From: Neoconidiobolus thromboides FSU 785
Lineage: Eukaryota; Fungi; Entomophthoromycota
Direction of reading: 5' to 3'
Assembly: GCA_025603075.1 (NCBI GenBank)
Contig: MU626463.1
Coordinates: 1-34,099, forward strand
DNA: 34,099 nt
The notes under the pieces are model-generated. The model made no database searches, was not told the DNA's origin, and saw only the letters and a program-made list of their open reading frames with translations. Shown here in pieces: positions 9,611 to 22,033 of this stretch (positions are counted from its first letter, which is position 1; each line of letters opens with the position of its first letter). Made by a program: the position numbers and the translations under genes.

Positions 9611-12288
9611 TTAAAAGTTTTTAACTTCTCCTTGAAAAGTATACTGTTTTGAATTTAATTGAAAGGATAATATATAGCGATATTTCACTTCATTTAAATT
9701 ATTATTAAAATAAATTTCCACTGGTAAAGATACATGACCTATTTTAGGTAATAAATAGGTACCACTAATTCCTGAAATAACTGTTTTTAAACCCTAAAAA
9801 AAGTATTATTAATAAAACATTTATTATTATGTTAGATATTAAATCATAAATACATTAACTTACTTTAGGTACAGCTAATTTAAAATCCAGTTGTTCCATT
9901 TTAAAATTCGATAAATTATTAAAATTAAATTGAATAAATACTATATTTTCTTGTACAAAAGAAGTAGTCATTATTCGTACAAATTCATTTTCTAATACTT
10001 TCTTTTGTTTAACTTCTCCATTACTCATTCCTTCATTACTTTCATTTCCAATTAATCCATTATCCTCTAATAAATTTGTATTAAAATTATTTAAATTGGA
10101 ATTATTACTATTATTCATTGGAGATTCCTCATTATCTGATAATTTAGGAGAAGTATTATTAGATTGTAATAAAACAGGTTGTGGTGTACTTGGTGCTGGG
10201 GTAATTGAATTGCTTGAAGCAATAGAACCAAAACTTAACCCTTCTAAACTATCCATAAAATTCAAAGTAGAAGATATTGATGTTTCTGTTTTATTAGATT
10301 GGTATTGTAAAGGGTCTAAAGTATTACTACTATTATTCATAAAATCATCTCCTAAATCAATTAGAGATATTTGTTGGGATTCAGCTTCTTTTTGACTATT
10401 GCTATTATTATTATTGTTACTATTATTACTATTATCATTTGTTATTTCAGATCTTTCCATACTATTTAGTTAGTTATTTAGTTAATATACATGATATCAA
10501 TATTAAGACTAATGTTAATAAATTACCTTATATGATCTTCAAAATAAATTGGATTATGATCAAATATACCCTTTTTTGCATTTTCATATTGTTGATTTAA
10601 TTCGTTTAATTTATCATTTAATTCAAATAATCGATCTTAAATAATAAATTATAAATAATTATAAATAATTATAAATAATTTCCACAATACTTACTAGCAT
10701 GTTCTCCTTCTTCTTCTTCTAATATCAATTTTTGAATCCTTACTTGTGCTGAAGAACATTCATTATATAATTCCTGTAATTAGAGTAATCAGTATTAATT
10801 GAATAAAATAATGATAATAACAATTACTTGAATTCCACGATCAAATTCCATTCCAGGAATTAATCTTTCACTTAATGTTTCAATCGATCTTTGTACATTC
10901 AATAATTGCCTTTCAACTAAAGATTGATAGTTTGGTCGTTTTTCAATTTCCTGATTAGAGTGATTTTAAATATGTTATCATTGTCATTATTGAATTCTTA
11001 CATAACCCGATAATAATTTCATTAATTCATTAGCTTTGACTAAATCGGCTGGGGTACCTCGTCGTATATGTTCTTGTAATTTCTTTGTATTAAAAATTAA
11101 CAATTAATAGCTAAAATTTATTATCATTCTGTCTTACCGCTGATAATGCTTCTTTATCCGCTTCTTCTAATTCTTCAGCAGAACAGAATGCCTATCATAA
11201 AGTTAATATCCTTTATCAATCTTAACAATTAATCTCAAAAAAAACCTTACTTGTTTTGTTACTAATGTAGATACCCGATCTTGTTTGACATTAGGAAATT
11301 TATATCCTTTATACAAAGTATTAGTATCAAATTAAAATGATAAATATCATTTATTGTTGATTATTTATTTATTTTAGCTTACCTTTGAATATTAAAATAT
11401 TATGCAATTCTGATATTTTTCTAAAATCTTGTTTATAACGAGGTTGAGAACAAAGACCCAGCTTCCATTCATTAATAAATTCTAATATTTTAATTTGAAC
11501 CGATGTTGGGAAAGGCTAAGTTGGATTTATATGAATATAAAAAGGAAAATAAGTAAATAAATATTTCGTTGTTTCGTTATATTAATAAATTATGGTTTGA
11601 CAAAAAAACAGTTAAAATCAATACTCAAAACTTACTGGTGGTACTTCTGGAAATTTCTTAACTAATTCGTTTAAAAACTCTTTTCTTGCAATCTGTAAAT
11701 GAAATGCATAACCACAGTTTCTTATACAAGTATCTAATAACTAAATTAAAGATCAGTTAATATTAACAATAATAAAAATTAAAAGCAATTCTTGAGATTG
11801 TTTCTATGTTAATTAAGGCTAATTACTGTTTAAAGAGATTAAAACTGAACTTACAATCAAAGCCAACATGGCCACTTTTTGATCTCTATTATTAATCAAT
11901 TGAACTAAATATTCCGAGACGTCATGAGGTCTATTGATGAATTTCATTAGTAAAATTCAATAAGATTTATACCATTTGTTTTTAATAGAAAACTATTTAC
12001 ATATTTTGTTTTTTTTTATTAATATATTCGGCAATATCCAAATTTAAGGCCATATCTGGTTCCATTAATCGAATATCACATGCGCGTTCTATTTTTGAAG
12101 GAATTTAAAGATTAGTATTCGTTATAAAGACTTAAATGTTATTAGTGATAGAGAATTTAATCCTTTTTAGTTGATTTAATATATTTAGAGCAACTTGTTT
12201 ACTTACCAACCATTAATGTTAATCTTTCATCATTGGGTATACCTACTGGTAAACCTAAAAATGTACCTAAGGTTTCTAATGCACTCAT
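9611..12288 (-). CDS. GGA2: GGA clathrin adaptor (VHS-GAT-hinge-GAE), multi-exon
   Basis: Spliced exons give VHS (ERACDIRLMEPDMALNLDIAEYIN; LDTCIRNCGYAFHLQIARKEFLNELVRKFP), GAT (IRRGTPADLVKANELMKIISGY), a hinge with a clathrin box (SLIDLG) and GAE (IQFNFNNLSNFKMEQLDFKLAVPK/...YRYILSFQLNSKQYTFQGEVKNF*). ATG at 12288, TAA at 9613-9611. GGA1 vs GGA2 cannot be resolved. Confidence 0.88.
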
Positions 12289-12602
12289 ACTTTTATTTTT
12301 GTTTTTATTTTGCTATTGTTTGTTTCCAAATTTAAAAAAAAAGTTTTATTTTTTTATCCTATTTTTGTTCTTAATTATTTTTATTACTTAATTTGTAATA
12401 ATTTCTTAGCCACTAATTTATTACCATTAAATGATTTATTTTTATTTTTTATTTTTATTTTCTATTTGGAATCTAAAGTAACTTTGTAATTATTTCTTAT
12501 TTATTTAACTCCAATAATAAAATACAAAATAAAACGATATATAAAATAAGAAAATAATATTAATATTAATAAATTTATTGTATTTAAAAAAATACTTAGT
12601 GT

Positions 12603-15296
12603 TCATTGTTCTGATGCTGATCTTTCAACCAAGGGTGATTTTGGCAACAATAAATTATTAGCAGATCTTGATGCGGTTTGATTATTACCTAATCCACTCA
12701 TCTTAGGAGTCACATACGGCGTTGTAGTTTTCAATGAATATTCGGTTCTTGGAGAATCATTAGGCAAATTTAATACCATAGGGGATTGAAAAGGTGGTGT
12801 ATTTGTTTTTTTACTAGCAAATGTAGATGGAGAACCTTGATAATGATTGGATATACTGGGTGAATTATTGGGCGAAGATTCATAATTACCCATTGGTCTT
12901 GGTGATAATCCTAGACTTAATCGTTTATGATTGGGTCTTAAATTAGTATTATTAAACATTGAAGTTGGTCTTGGTTGATTTGGACTTAATAAGCTACTAC
13001 CATTTTCAGATAATATAGGTGAAAATTTGGTATTTAATTTAGGTAGATTAGAATCAATTGTGCTACTGGAATCTAAACTTGAAATAAAAGAAGTAGATGT
13101 TGTAGTCCCCATATCAGCTCCAGTAGACATTAATTTTGTTGCTCTTTGTACTTGTTCAATATAGGATTTAACTCGCTCTTTTTTAGTTTCTTCTTGATCA
13201 ATTTGATTAATTATATTCTTTTCTATCATTGGAGTATTTGTATTCGTATTCGTATTCGTAGTAGTAGCTATATCTTCCCCTACTTCTTGCATATTTTCAG
13301 TATTAATTTCTTCGATCTTATTCTCAATATTATTTTGTTCCATTATTTCTTCTTCTTCTTCATCTTGAATACCTTCTAGTTGCCCAACTCTTTTGCCTTT
13401 ATCTAATGAATCTCTTATATAAAATGAAGCTTGTAACGTACTTGTAGAAGTTCCCCTTTCCATTTCACTTAACATTTGGTTAATTTCCTGTAAAGATTCT
13501 TGTTCAGATATTACATTAATACTAGGTGGCGTTTGATTTAGTTCTTTATTACTAATTGGTAATAACCCAGTACTTTTATTTAAAAAGGAACGTTCACTTT
13601 CACTTGTATAATCAGAATTAGCAATCAATTCTTGTGATAAATGATAAATTGGTATATTGGCTTCTCCTTGTATTTCGTTTTCATTATAGCCTGAATCCTT
13701 ACTTTGTTTATATTGTATAGTATCCCCATCATTATCTTTAGATATCTCTGATACTGAAGTTTCTTGATAATCTGCTAAATAATAATCCGATTCAGCTAAT
13801 ATTTTTTGACCATTAATATTAGTGGTATCTGTTGATGTATCTGTTTGTTCATGGTCAAGTTGTCTTTTGTTATTCAATATGGGATTAAGTTGAGGAGTAG
13901 AATCTTCTGCTTCTTTTAATGGAACTACAGCTGATATATCTGATTTTTGGTGATCCATTTTTACAGGTATTTTACCAAGGTTATTATTGTTATAATTATT
14001 ATTATTATTATTATTATTAATAGATTGTAAACTACTCTTTTCTGAAATAGGATCTTGATGTTGTTGCAATAATAGATTATTAGGCGGAGGTATATAAGTT
14101 ACTGTTTCTGATACTAATTGATTTTGATTTGAATTAGATCTTAAATTACTATCTAATATTGGTTTCATACTTTCCATATATAATTGACTTTTTAAATGCA
14201 AATCCTCTCTTGGATAAATTGATAATATAATTAATATATTAATCCAAGGTAATGAAAAATATTGAAACCAATTTAATAAACTTAATACCCATGGAGAATA
14301 AATGTTATTATTATTTAATTGGGATAAATTATAATAAAATAATACATTAGAAATAGAATGTAATAAACAAAATATAATTAATACAATCAATGTTTCTAAT
14401 ATATAGTTAATGATATTTTCTTTAGATATCAAAGGTTGCATCAATGAATTATAATAAATTGTAGAATTAGAATTAGAATATTGTCGAACAGTTATTGGTA
14501 AATTGGCATTTTCTTTCCTAAATTTACGTTTTAAAAAATAAAAGCAACAAAATAACATGATCAAACAAATTGACATAAATTCCGCATCTAAAAAATATTG
14601 AGATATCAATACAGAATATAAACTGTGACTATTGTAAGCTAAGATACGTATTAATATCATAGCTAATATTGATAAAGGGGCATAAATATAACCTAATTTT
14701 GATAACCAAGTACTCCAAGATAACAAAAATGTTTTAAATAAATTAGCTGGTAATCTACGATAAATTGAAGCTGGGAAATCAAAGATAAATAAAATCAAAG
14801 CAGTAATTAAAAAAGCTCTAGAAAAATCAAACAACATAGAAGAAGCATATAAAATATTTTGCATCATAACATCCTTTGAATAAATTAACAACAAACTATC
14901 AATATGATTATTACGATTAATAGACGGATGGGGATTAAAAGAATCTTCTAAATAAGGAAATATCCATGAATACCTTAATTTACATTTTAAATAACTTTGA
15001 TGAAATGAGGATAATAAATGTAATATTAGTAATATTAAAGACAAATTACAACATAATAATATAAACAATCTTAATAAGGGTTTGATATTAATTTCTTTTT
15101 TTCGAATTGGAAACTCTTCACTTGAATTATTATACTGTATTTGTTCATCTATTGTTTCATTACTATTTTGTCTACTTATATTTCGTACTACTCCTACTCC
15201 AATTGATTTTATATCATTAATACCATAAGTTGTTAAAAATCTATAATTAATCCATATAAATGATAATATACATAATATCATTATATACAATGCCAT
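12603..15296 (-). CDS. Uncharacterised 897-aa protein with about 7 predicted TM helices and a ~530-aa low-complexity C-terminal tail (GPCR-like topology)
   Basis: Uninterrupted 2.7-kb ORF. Seven hydrophobic segments in aa ~1-362, then an Asn/Ser/Glu/Thr/Pro-rich tail. No family recognised. Confidence 0.8.
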   Translation of the reverse strand: MALYIMILCILSFIWINYRFLTTYGINDIKSIGVGVVRNISRQNSNETIDEQIQYNNSSEEFPIRKKEINIKPLLRLFILLCCNLSLILLILHLLSSFHQSYLKCKLRYSWIFPYLEDSFNPHPSINRNNHIDSLLLIYSKDVMMQNILYASSMLFDFSRAFLITALILFIFDFPASIYRRLPANLFKTFLLSWSTWLSKLGYIYAPLSILAMILIRILAYNSHSLYSVLISQYFLDAEFMSICLIMLFCCFYFLKRKFRKENANLPITVRQYSNSNSTIYYNSLMQPLISKENIINYILETLIVLIIFCLLHSISNVLFYYNLSQLNNNNIYSPWVLSLLNWFQYFSLPWINILIILSIYPREDLHLKSQLYMESMKPILDSNLRSNSNQNQLVSETVTYIPPPNNLLLQQHQDPISEKSSLQSINNNNNNNNYNNNNLGKIPVKMDHQKSDISAVVPLKEAEDSTPQLNPILNNKRQLDHEQTDTSTDTTNINGQKILAESDYYLADYQETSVSEISKDNDGDTIQYKQSKDSGYNENEIQGEANIPIYHLSQELIANSDYTSESERSFLNKSTGLLPISNKELNQTPPSINVISEQESLQEINQMLSEMERGTSTSTLQASFYIRDSLDKGKRVGQLEGIQDEEEEEIMEQNNIENKIEEINTENMQEVGEDIATTTNTNTNTNTPMIEKNIINQIDQEETKKERVKSYIEQVQRATKLMSTGADMGTTTSTSFISSLDSSSTIDSNLPKLNTKFSPILSENGSSLLSPNQPRPTSMFNNTNLRPNHKRLSLGLSPRPMGNYESSPNNSPSISNHYQGSPSTFASKKTNTPPFQSPMVLNLPNDSPRTEYSLKTTTPYVTPKMSGLGNNQTASRSANNLLLPKSPLVERSASEQ

Positions 15297-17254
15297 TGAT
15301 GTATTAACTATTTAATTATCAGTATAGATATCAACTATTATTATAATATTAAGTTACCTGGACAAGGTATCATTTGATCCTTTATAACTGTACTACTTAA
15401 TATAATACCATCATCACTAACAAGTTGACCATCAGGTTGATCTAATAGAATTATTTAGATGTAACTAAACCAATTATATATAATAAATACCTATTAAACT
15501 CATTCAAATAAATATTGAAAATAAAATGGAAAATAAACAATTAAAAAAATAAAGAAAGAAATTGATAACTAATTGATCATATAGTAATATTTCGAAAACG
15601 ACTCATTCAGTGCCATAGTTAATTTCTTAAACTTACTCAATTTCTATTTATTTAAAACTATTTAAAAAGTTTGATCTTTTTATTTTTTTATCCTTGTTTG
15701 TTTCACTTGAGTGAAATTAGTAAAGTAGCCAATCAATTTTAACTATTTGAAGTTTTATTTTTTTTTGACTAAACTAAACTGGTTAACGGGTAATTTTTTT
15801 AGTTTTAGTTCAAACTTTTTTTTAAAAGTTTGTATACTTTTTTAAATAACCCAGTTTTTTGATATCAATTGTATTTTTATCTTATTTATTTATAGGGATA
15901 ATGAAAATAAATTGAGTTAAATTATAAAAAATAGTTGTTGTAAACACCACTATAATTTAATGAGTTTAACTATACCTATATTGATATTGATCTAATTGTA
16001 CAATAAGTTAATGTAAATAAGGACTAACTAAATTGTCATTAAAATAAATTTGTTCCAAATGTTATTGGAATAGTCATTAATAAAACACTGAAACATTTTA
16101 ATAATAATTAAATTGTAAAAAACTTTGGAAATTACGTAGGGTGGCTTACTTTTCTTATTAACTCAACAGTATAATTAATTAAATTTTTCATTAAATATCC
16201 TATTTATACCCTTTTCAATATAGTCTCGTTGATTATTGGAATATTGGATCACAAAATTGGATGATAATCCCATATATATCTCAAGGGCTTCGAAGCTCCT
16301 AATTCCATTGCCATGCAACTTTTCAGTTGTTAAAGTAGCGCAAGATAAATTCAATGCTTAAGCAATAAAAGGGGGAAGTTTTAAAGCCTTCCCAAACAAA
16401 AATAAGATAAAAGTATGTTGAACTAGATTGATTAGGCCAACTTGATAAGTTTAAAAGCGTAGTCTGTTTATGAATATAAATAAAAAATTATTAATGAAAA
16501 GAAATTCCAGAGGGAAAAATCCAATCGTTTATATACCTTCTACGAATATTAAATTTATTATCAACTTTCTTATTGACCTTCTTTACATCATTTTCCGAAA
16601 TGCATTCAACTTCTGTTGAATCTTGTTTAATTATAGCATCAGATTCCAAAGACTAAAAGATTTAATTAGTGACGCTGACACTGAGTGAGAAATAGTCATA
16701 ATAATTGTAAAGTAGCTTAGAAAAATACTTATTAATATCAACAAAAATAATAAATGTTATAACATAAGGTTATTATGTTAAATGCTTAATTGCTTCCACT
16801 TGAATTACAAAAAAATACTTTTTTATTAACTTATTTTTAAACTTCTAGTTTTAAAATATTATTTTTTTATCTGTCAACTTTTTTGATTCAAACATAGTTG
16901 GCATTCATTTAGCGATATTGTGTTTTATTTTTGTTACCTTAAAGATGCTATTTTTAGCTACTAGTCTGAAAAAAATATAACAATTCATGACTATTAGTTT
17001 AATTCTACTGTTTTAAACTTTATTTTTTTATTTCTATAATCCATTAAGTTCCCATGATTATCAAGTATATTAGCTTAATAACTTTCTTTTAGTTTGCTAT
17101 TCCTCTAATTTTTCGTATAAAGTAAAAATAACGTAGACATCCCTTTATGATCAAAAATATAATCAAACTAATAAACTCAATAAATTCGACCTGCCTTTAT
17201 ATATAATAAATAACTACTTTAAGTCACATTCTCATATTATTTTATCCATTGTAT

Positions 17255-17345
17255 GGGGACCTATTTTAAGAATTTTACTAACAATCTTTCCGCTCAAATA
17301 GTTCTTTAAAAAATGAAAAAAGTGGTGAGCAAAAAAACATCCCCC
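17255..17345 (-). mobile_element. MITE family 1, copy B (inverted)
   Basis: GGGGACCTATTTTAAGAATTTTACTAAC...AAAAAAACATCCCCC, flanked by GTAT/ATAT. Internal sequence is the reverse complement of copy A. Confidence 0.8.
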
Positions 17346-17957
17346 ATATCGTACCTGTCAATGCTAAACTCCTTGGTTTATCTATTTTTAAATTTAATAT
17401 CTTCGAAATTGTTCTTTTATTAAAAAACAAAAAAAGAAGTGCTAAATTTAGCCTGAAAAGTCGAACGTAGATAGATTTTTCAACTTGTTAATAGAGGAGG
17501 TGATGAAGGCAAGAGAAAAGCAATTGAAGAACCTTTAGAAAACCATGTTGTTGTGATTTAAATAAGGAAAGCAATTTCTTTTTTGAAGGATTCAAAACAA
17601 GAGAAAGAGGGCGAAGAAGGAGTGGCTTCTTAATTCATTTTTATTTTTATTTAAATTCGCTACTGATTTTTATAAAACAAAAAGGATAAAACAACCTTTT
17701 AGAGGCTTATCTGGTTTATAGCGAATAAGCTCACTTCTTCTTATAAACAACAACCGTCCTTCAATTACATTTCTATTTATAATTCGCCTCTTCAGTATTT
17801 TCTTTAGTATATAGATAGAAACACAAAGACGCTCCATCTTCGAATTTGAAAAGCCTAAGATTGATTCCTTTATTATTTCTACAGCTTTTGGTTTCATTAC
17901 AAGAAAAAAAATGAAAAGTAAAAAACACAAGTTGGATCGAAACATTTACCGATGCTG

Positions 17958-19079
17958 TTACATTTGTTTCATTCTAATAGCAGTATTTTGATCATCCTCT
18001 GATAAATTTAAATAAATGTTATCATTATCACCAATAGTAGCAGCGGTGGTGATAATAGACGTTAAAGGAACTACAGTAGAGTGCTTAGTTCGAGAACCTG
18101 GTTTTAAAGTAGCAAGCCAATGGCCTCCACTTAAAGCTGCCTTATTGTCACTATTATTACCAATAGGTTGAAATATGTCACCGTTCAACTTTCTTAAGTT
18201 ATATTCATACAAAATTTGTGGAATAGCAGGATCAAACATAAAACAAATAAAGTTTAACCAGCCAGCCGAAGTACTTAGTACGTCACTAGAAAACACTGCA
18301 GCTACTGTTTCTGGAATTTCAGGATCAGTATATATTTCAGTAATAATAAAAAACGGAAATTGAGTTATTAACGGGATGATAGCATAGCTCATTAATCTTT
18401 TGGCTAATAAATCCATATGTTTATTTAAGTTGATGCTATTACTTTGCGCATTACTATTATTGTAAACTGCTTTTTTGGCTCTTAGAGCTAAATATGTTTT
18501 TACAAACACATAAGTACAATAGCTACAACAAACAATGATTGGGATAAGTAATACGGCGTGCATGTAAATAATGCTCCATGGTCTTAGATGGTAATTTTTT
18601 AAGCCGTAGCAGTCATTTACTATATATCCATAGATAATCGAAGGCATATAGCATATAATGCAAATACCAAGTGTACTAAAAGCGTAAATCCAGTGATTCT
18701 GAATCCTTAACAATTTCTTTCTCAAAAACACGGTTTGTAAGTTATAAGCCAAGCATGTAGTCAAGAAGATAAACCATAAATTAGTAAGTTGCTCAATATG
18801 AGGCACAAGAATACAAAAGTTCATATCATGTGCAAACACTTTTGCTTCATTATTTCCGGCTTTTCCATTAATCAAAACTTGCATGTGAAGTAAAGCTAAG
18901 AAATTATATAGGATGTCTGAAATAGATATCCAAAGATACAACTTATAACTTAATCTCTCTGCCGCTTTGAATTTTAGTAAGCTCGTTAGTAATATGAAAA
19001 GAAGTAAAATAGCTGCTGAAATAATTGAAACAATCGTGTTGTAATATGTTATTGTTCTTACAATTTCAAATTCATCCAT
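17958..19079 (-). CDS. 7TM G-protein-coupled receptor-like protein (cAMP receptor-like/Git3-like), paralog 1, intronless
   Basis: Seven hydrophobic helices; RLSYKLYLWISISD (TM2), Cys at the top of TM3 (FCIL) and in ECL2 (DCYG), FLTTCLAYNL (TM3), RLMSYAIIPLI (TM6), GWLNFICFMFDP (TM7). Confidence 0.85.
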   Translation of the reverse strand: MDEFEIVRTITYYNTIVSIISAAILLLFILLTSLLKFKAAERLSYKLYLWISISDILYNFLALLHMQVLINGKAGNNEAKVFAHDMNFCILVPHIEQLTNLWFIFLTTCLAYNLQTVFLRKKLLRIQNHWIYAFSTLGICIICYMPSIIYGYIVNDCYGLKNYHLRPWSIIYMHAVLLIPIIVCCSYCTYVFVKTYLALRAKKAVYNNSNAQSNSINLNKHMDLLAKRLMSYAIIPLITQFPFFIITEIYTDPEIPETVAAVFSSDVLSTSAGWLNFICFMFDPAIPQILYEYNLRKLNGDIFQPIGNNSDNKAALSGGHWLATLKPGSRTKHSTVVPLTSIITTAATIGDNDNIYLNLSEDDQNTAIRMKQM

Positions 19080-20525
19080 TATCGTATTTTTTTTACTTTC
19101 CTCAGTTAAATTACTTTTTACTTATATATTTTTTTATTGATAATCAATGTATCTTGTAATTCTATTTTTTTTGAAGGGATGGATAGATGATTTAGAAGTA
19201 CCAAGGCGTGATACTTGTAGGTTTGATCTTAAAATAACTAAATAAAACTTATTGCTTTTATGTAGAAATATTAATATAATTTTATACATTTGTTATCCTT
19301 TAACATTTAGTATCACATTACACCAATATAATAATTTTGGTAGAGCTATAGTGCATCTTTAAAACGATCCTAATACATGAACTATTTCACTACATTTATT
19401 TTCATGTTCTAGAAACAAATTCGACTATAACTTACTATATCAAGTTTACTATTGTTTCCTTTTTATATCAAAATGTGTATATAACTATTTTTCATCTCAC
19501 TCCAGTGTAGTTGAATTGATGTTTGAAACCTACTACTTTCTTCTAAGTGATATAGATATTTCTTATCTACATATTTTAAAAATACATTTTACGTCCATAT
19601 GTTTCTTATTACATATAATAGTCAATATAAAACAAAAAAGAATGAAACTTTTTACTCAAAGCTCATTAACATTATTGCCAAATTAATCTTTTTCAAAAAA
19701 AGGGATCTAACAAAATTGATGTACAATTAGAAACAAGGATCTTAAGGATGTTAGGGTTCAAACTCAGGGCAAGATTATTTTTTGTACTGATTTTTCTGAT
19801 TAATGGGAATAGTTTCTAACTAAAAAGAGCACCAGTCAAATTAAAAAATAATTATAGTTTTAAGCTAATTTTTAAATAAAATATACATTATGTATTATAT
19901 ATATAAATTCTTTACTGGCAGGTTATATTTTTTAAACTAAATCTAATTTTCTATCAAAATCAGTATAGAAAAAGAAGGCACTAGCCTTTTTTGGATAGCT
20001 ACTCTTACCATATGACTTTTGACCCCTTCCATAATTGTTTCAATGCCCTTGTATATTACAAAACTACTGTATGCATTTATGTTTCTCAATGACAAAAAGA
20101 TATACATGTCCCTATTATTAAACTTACCCAACTTATTATCTTAACTTATTTTTTAGCATTGGTTATTTAATCTTTTACACAATTTACAATCATTATAACA
20201 AAAATCTTCAGTATGTATATTGTAGCTTGGTAAATTATATAAACTAATTAATATAGTTTTTGAAAACTTATATAAAGTTAAACTGCTTTTTTATTTATCT
20301 CTTTTTATGTATTTTATTATAGATAATACTTAGCTTTATTTTTACGAAATTAAATTTGAAAAGATTTTTATAGACGTCACAAAATTGAAATTTTGTGTGG
20401 CTATTAGCCACCCAATTAGAAGTCATTTCGAAATATATCAAAATAATTTTTAACTTTCTTTTCAACCTTAAAAGTTAATAATCCAAGTGTAAATTGCTTT
20501 TTCTATAATATTGTGTACCTTAACA

Positions 20526-22033
20526 ATGCCTCTGAAATTTCAGTATCTTTCTGAAACTCCACTCGGGTATATCCTTGAATTGATAGACCTCATGTAGTTA
20601 CTAGAGCTTTGTTTTTTAAATAAACATATCTTTAAGATTACGAATAATGTTATCAAGCACAATTTGGCTTTTTATGAATATATACCATGTGAGTTTGATG
20701 GATTTAATCACAAATATGAAATCGTAGATGTAGCTTAAGGACAATCCGATTATCAAAAAAAGTCTATTAAAGAGAGTGGATTGTTGATGAACCATTTAAA
20801 TGTGATGAAAAAAAGGTAAAATATATATAATATTCCCCAAACGTGATATCTATAAATTAAGTACAAGGGCCTGGGTTTTCAGCTTTCATCAACAATGAGA
20901 ATAATAAAGACGATGATATTAACGGCAGTCATAGCTAAACTAATGATCCTTTGAATATTGGTAATAGTAATTCTGGGAGTTCAACATTTCTTCTGCTATT
21001 TCTCTTTTTATTGCTGAAATTATCCCAAACATCTTTCCAACTATCTGAATAGTCAATATATTCTCGTTCATAATCCCAATGCTCAAGGAAAATAGTTATA
21101 AAAATAGTTTATTATGGCACCCCGTTTATAATCTTTGCTAAATATTTAAAGCAAGTTGAATCATTTGAACTTATTGATGATCAAAATTAATATATTGGAC
21201 ATGCTATGGAATTTTTGAATCCAAGCAAACTGGAATGCCTGAAATTTTATACCGGAAGATCTTTGTATGTTTATGGGTTATATACTCTCAAATCAAATTT
21301 TTATAAATCGCGAATTTTAAATTTAGAAGCATGGAAGTGTATTTCATATTAGAGCTATAATGATCCTATAAACCCTCCCACCATAAATTGTCCGCCCAAT
21401 TTAGAGTTTAAAATCAAAGGTCGTCATGATGGCTTTAATTTTTATTGCCTTAGAGATATAAGACAATTAAACAGCTTAAAACTAATAAATAATAATATTC
21501 ATTTATTAAAAATTTGCGGAAAATACAATATCAAAGTATTTGAGAATAGTAATATAGCTATATTTGGGTATTTTAACTCAGATATATTAGTCAGCAATGA
21601 ACTGTTAAATTTAACAACGTTAAAAGAAGCGCATTTTTATTGCTTGTCATTTGATTCATTATAGTTAATTTTTGTATTATCAACCATTTAAGTTTATGTT
21701 AGAATTATTAATTTTAACTTTTGAAATTTGGAATTTCTTACTTTATAAACACAGTTTATATAAAGCCAATTTGTACGACGAAAAACATGACTGGATAAAG
21801 TGTAAATTTATTAGACAGCTTGAAATCAGAAGTCTCGATATTCCACTTATAGATTCTTTTGTTTTTTATTCTTTTCTCATAATCTCCAATTATTAAAGGC
21901 TAGGTATTTTAAGTTAACAACTATTGAAGAAATAGTTGACTACAGACTTACTACATCTCTATTGTTTATTGCTACTTATACTGAGGCGAATGATGCTCGT
22001 GATGAAATTGAGAATATCCCTATGCTAGGTTGA
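20526..22033 (+). pseudogene. Decayed F-box/LRR-like gene 1
   Basis: F-box-like start MPLKFQYLSETPLGYILELIDLM*LLELCFLNKHIFKI, then long open stretches with LRR-like spacing (LNPSKLECLKF, LRDIRQLNSLKL, LLNLTTLKEAHF) broken by TAA/TAG stops and frameshifts. Homologous to 25624-26402. Confidence 0.65.

Noticed and set aside
10096-10395. Plus-strand 99-aa ORF (similarly 13146-13379, 18175-18363 and 26916-27263)
   Set aside because: Antisense shadows of real coding exons, mostly low-complexity ones.
10651-10680. (ATAAATAATT)x3 tandem repeat
   Set aside because: Simple slippage repeat in an AT-rich GGA intron.
15701-15716. Inverted repeat TTTCACT-TG-AGTGAAA, and hairpin GGGAAG...CTTCCC at 16373-16393
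   Set aside because: Short, single occurrences that are plausible by chance; no supporting context.
17670-17945. 91-aa ORF starting 12 bp after the GPCR1 stop
   Set aside because: No counterpart downstream of GPCR2 and no recognisable domain; probably lies in the 3' UTR.
19943-20131. 62-aa minus-strand ORF
   Set aside because: Short, with no recognisable similarity or splice context.
20526-22033. Idea that TAA/TAG are reassigned to Gln (alternative nuclear code), making the pseudogenes intact
   Set aside because: ADE8, COA5, DCTN5, GGA and WBP1 end at TAA at the expected family C-termini, long intact ORFs contain no internal TAR, and the relics also have frameshifts and TGA stops.
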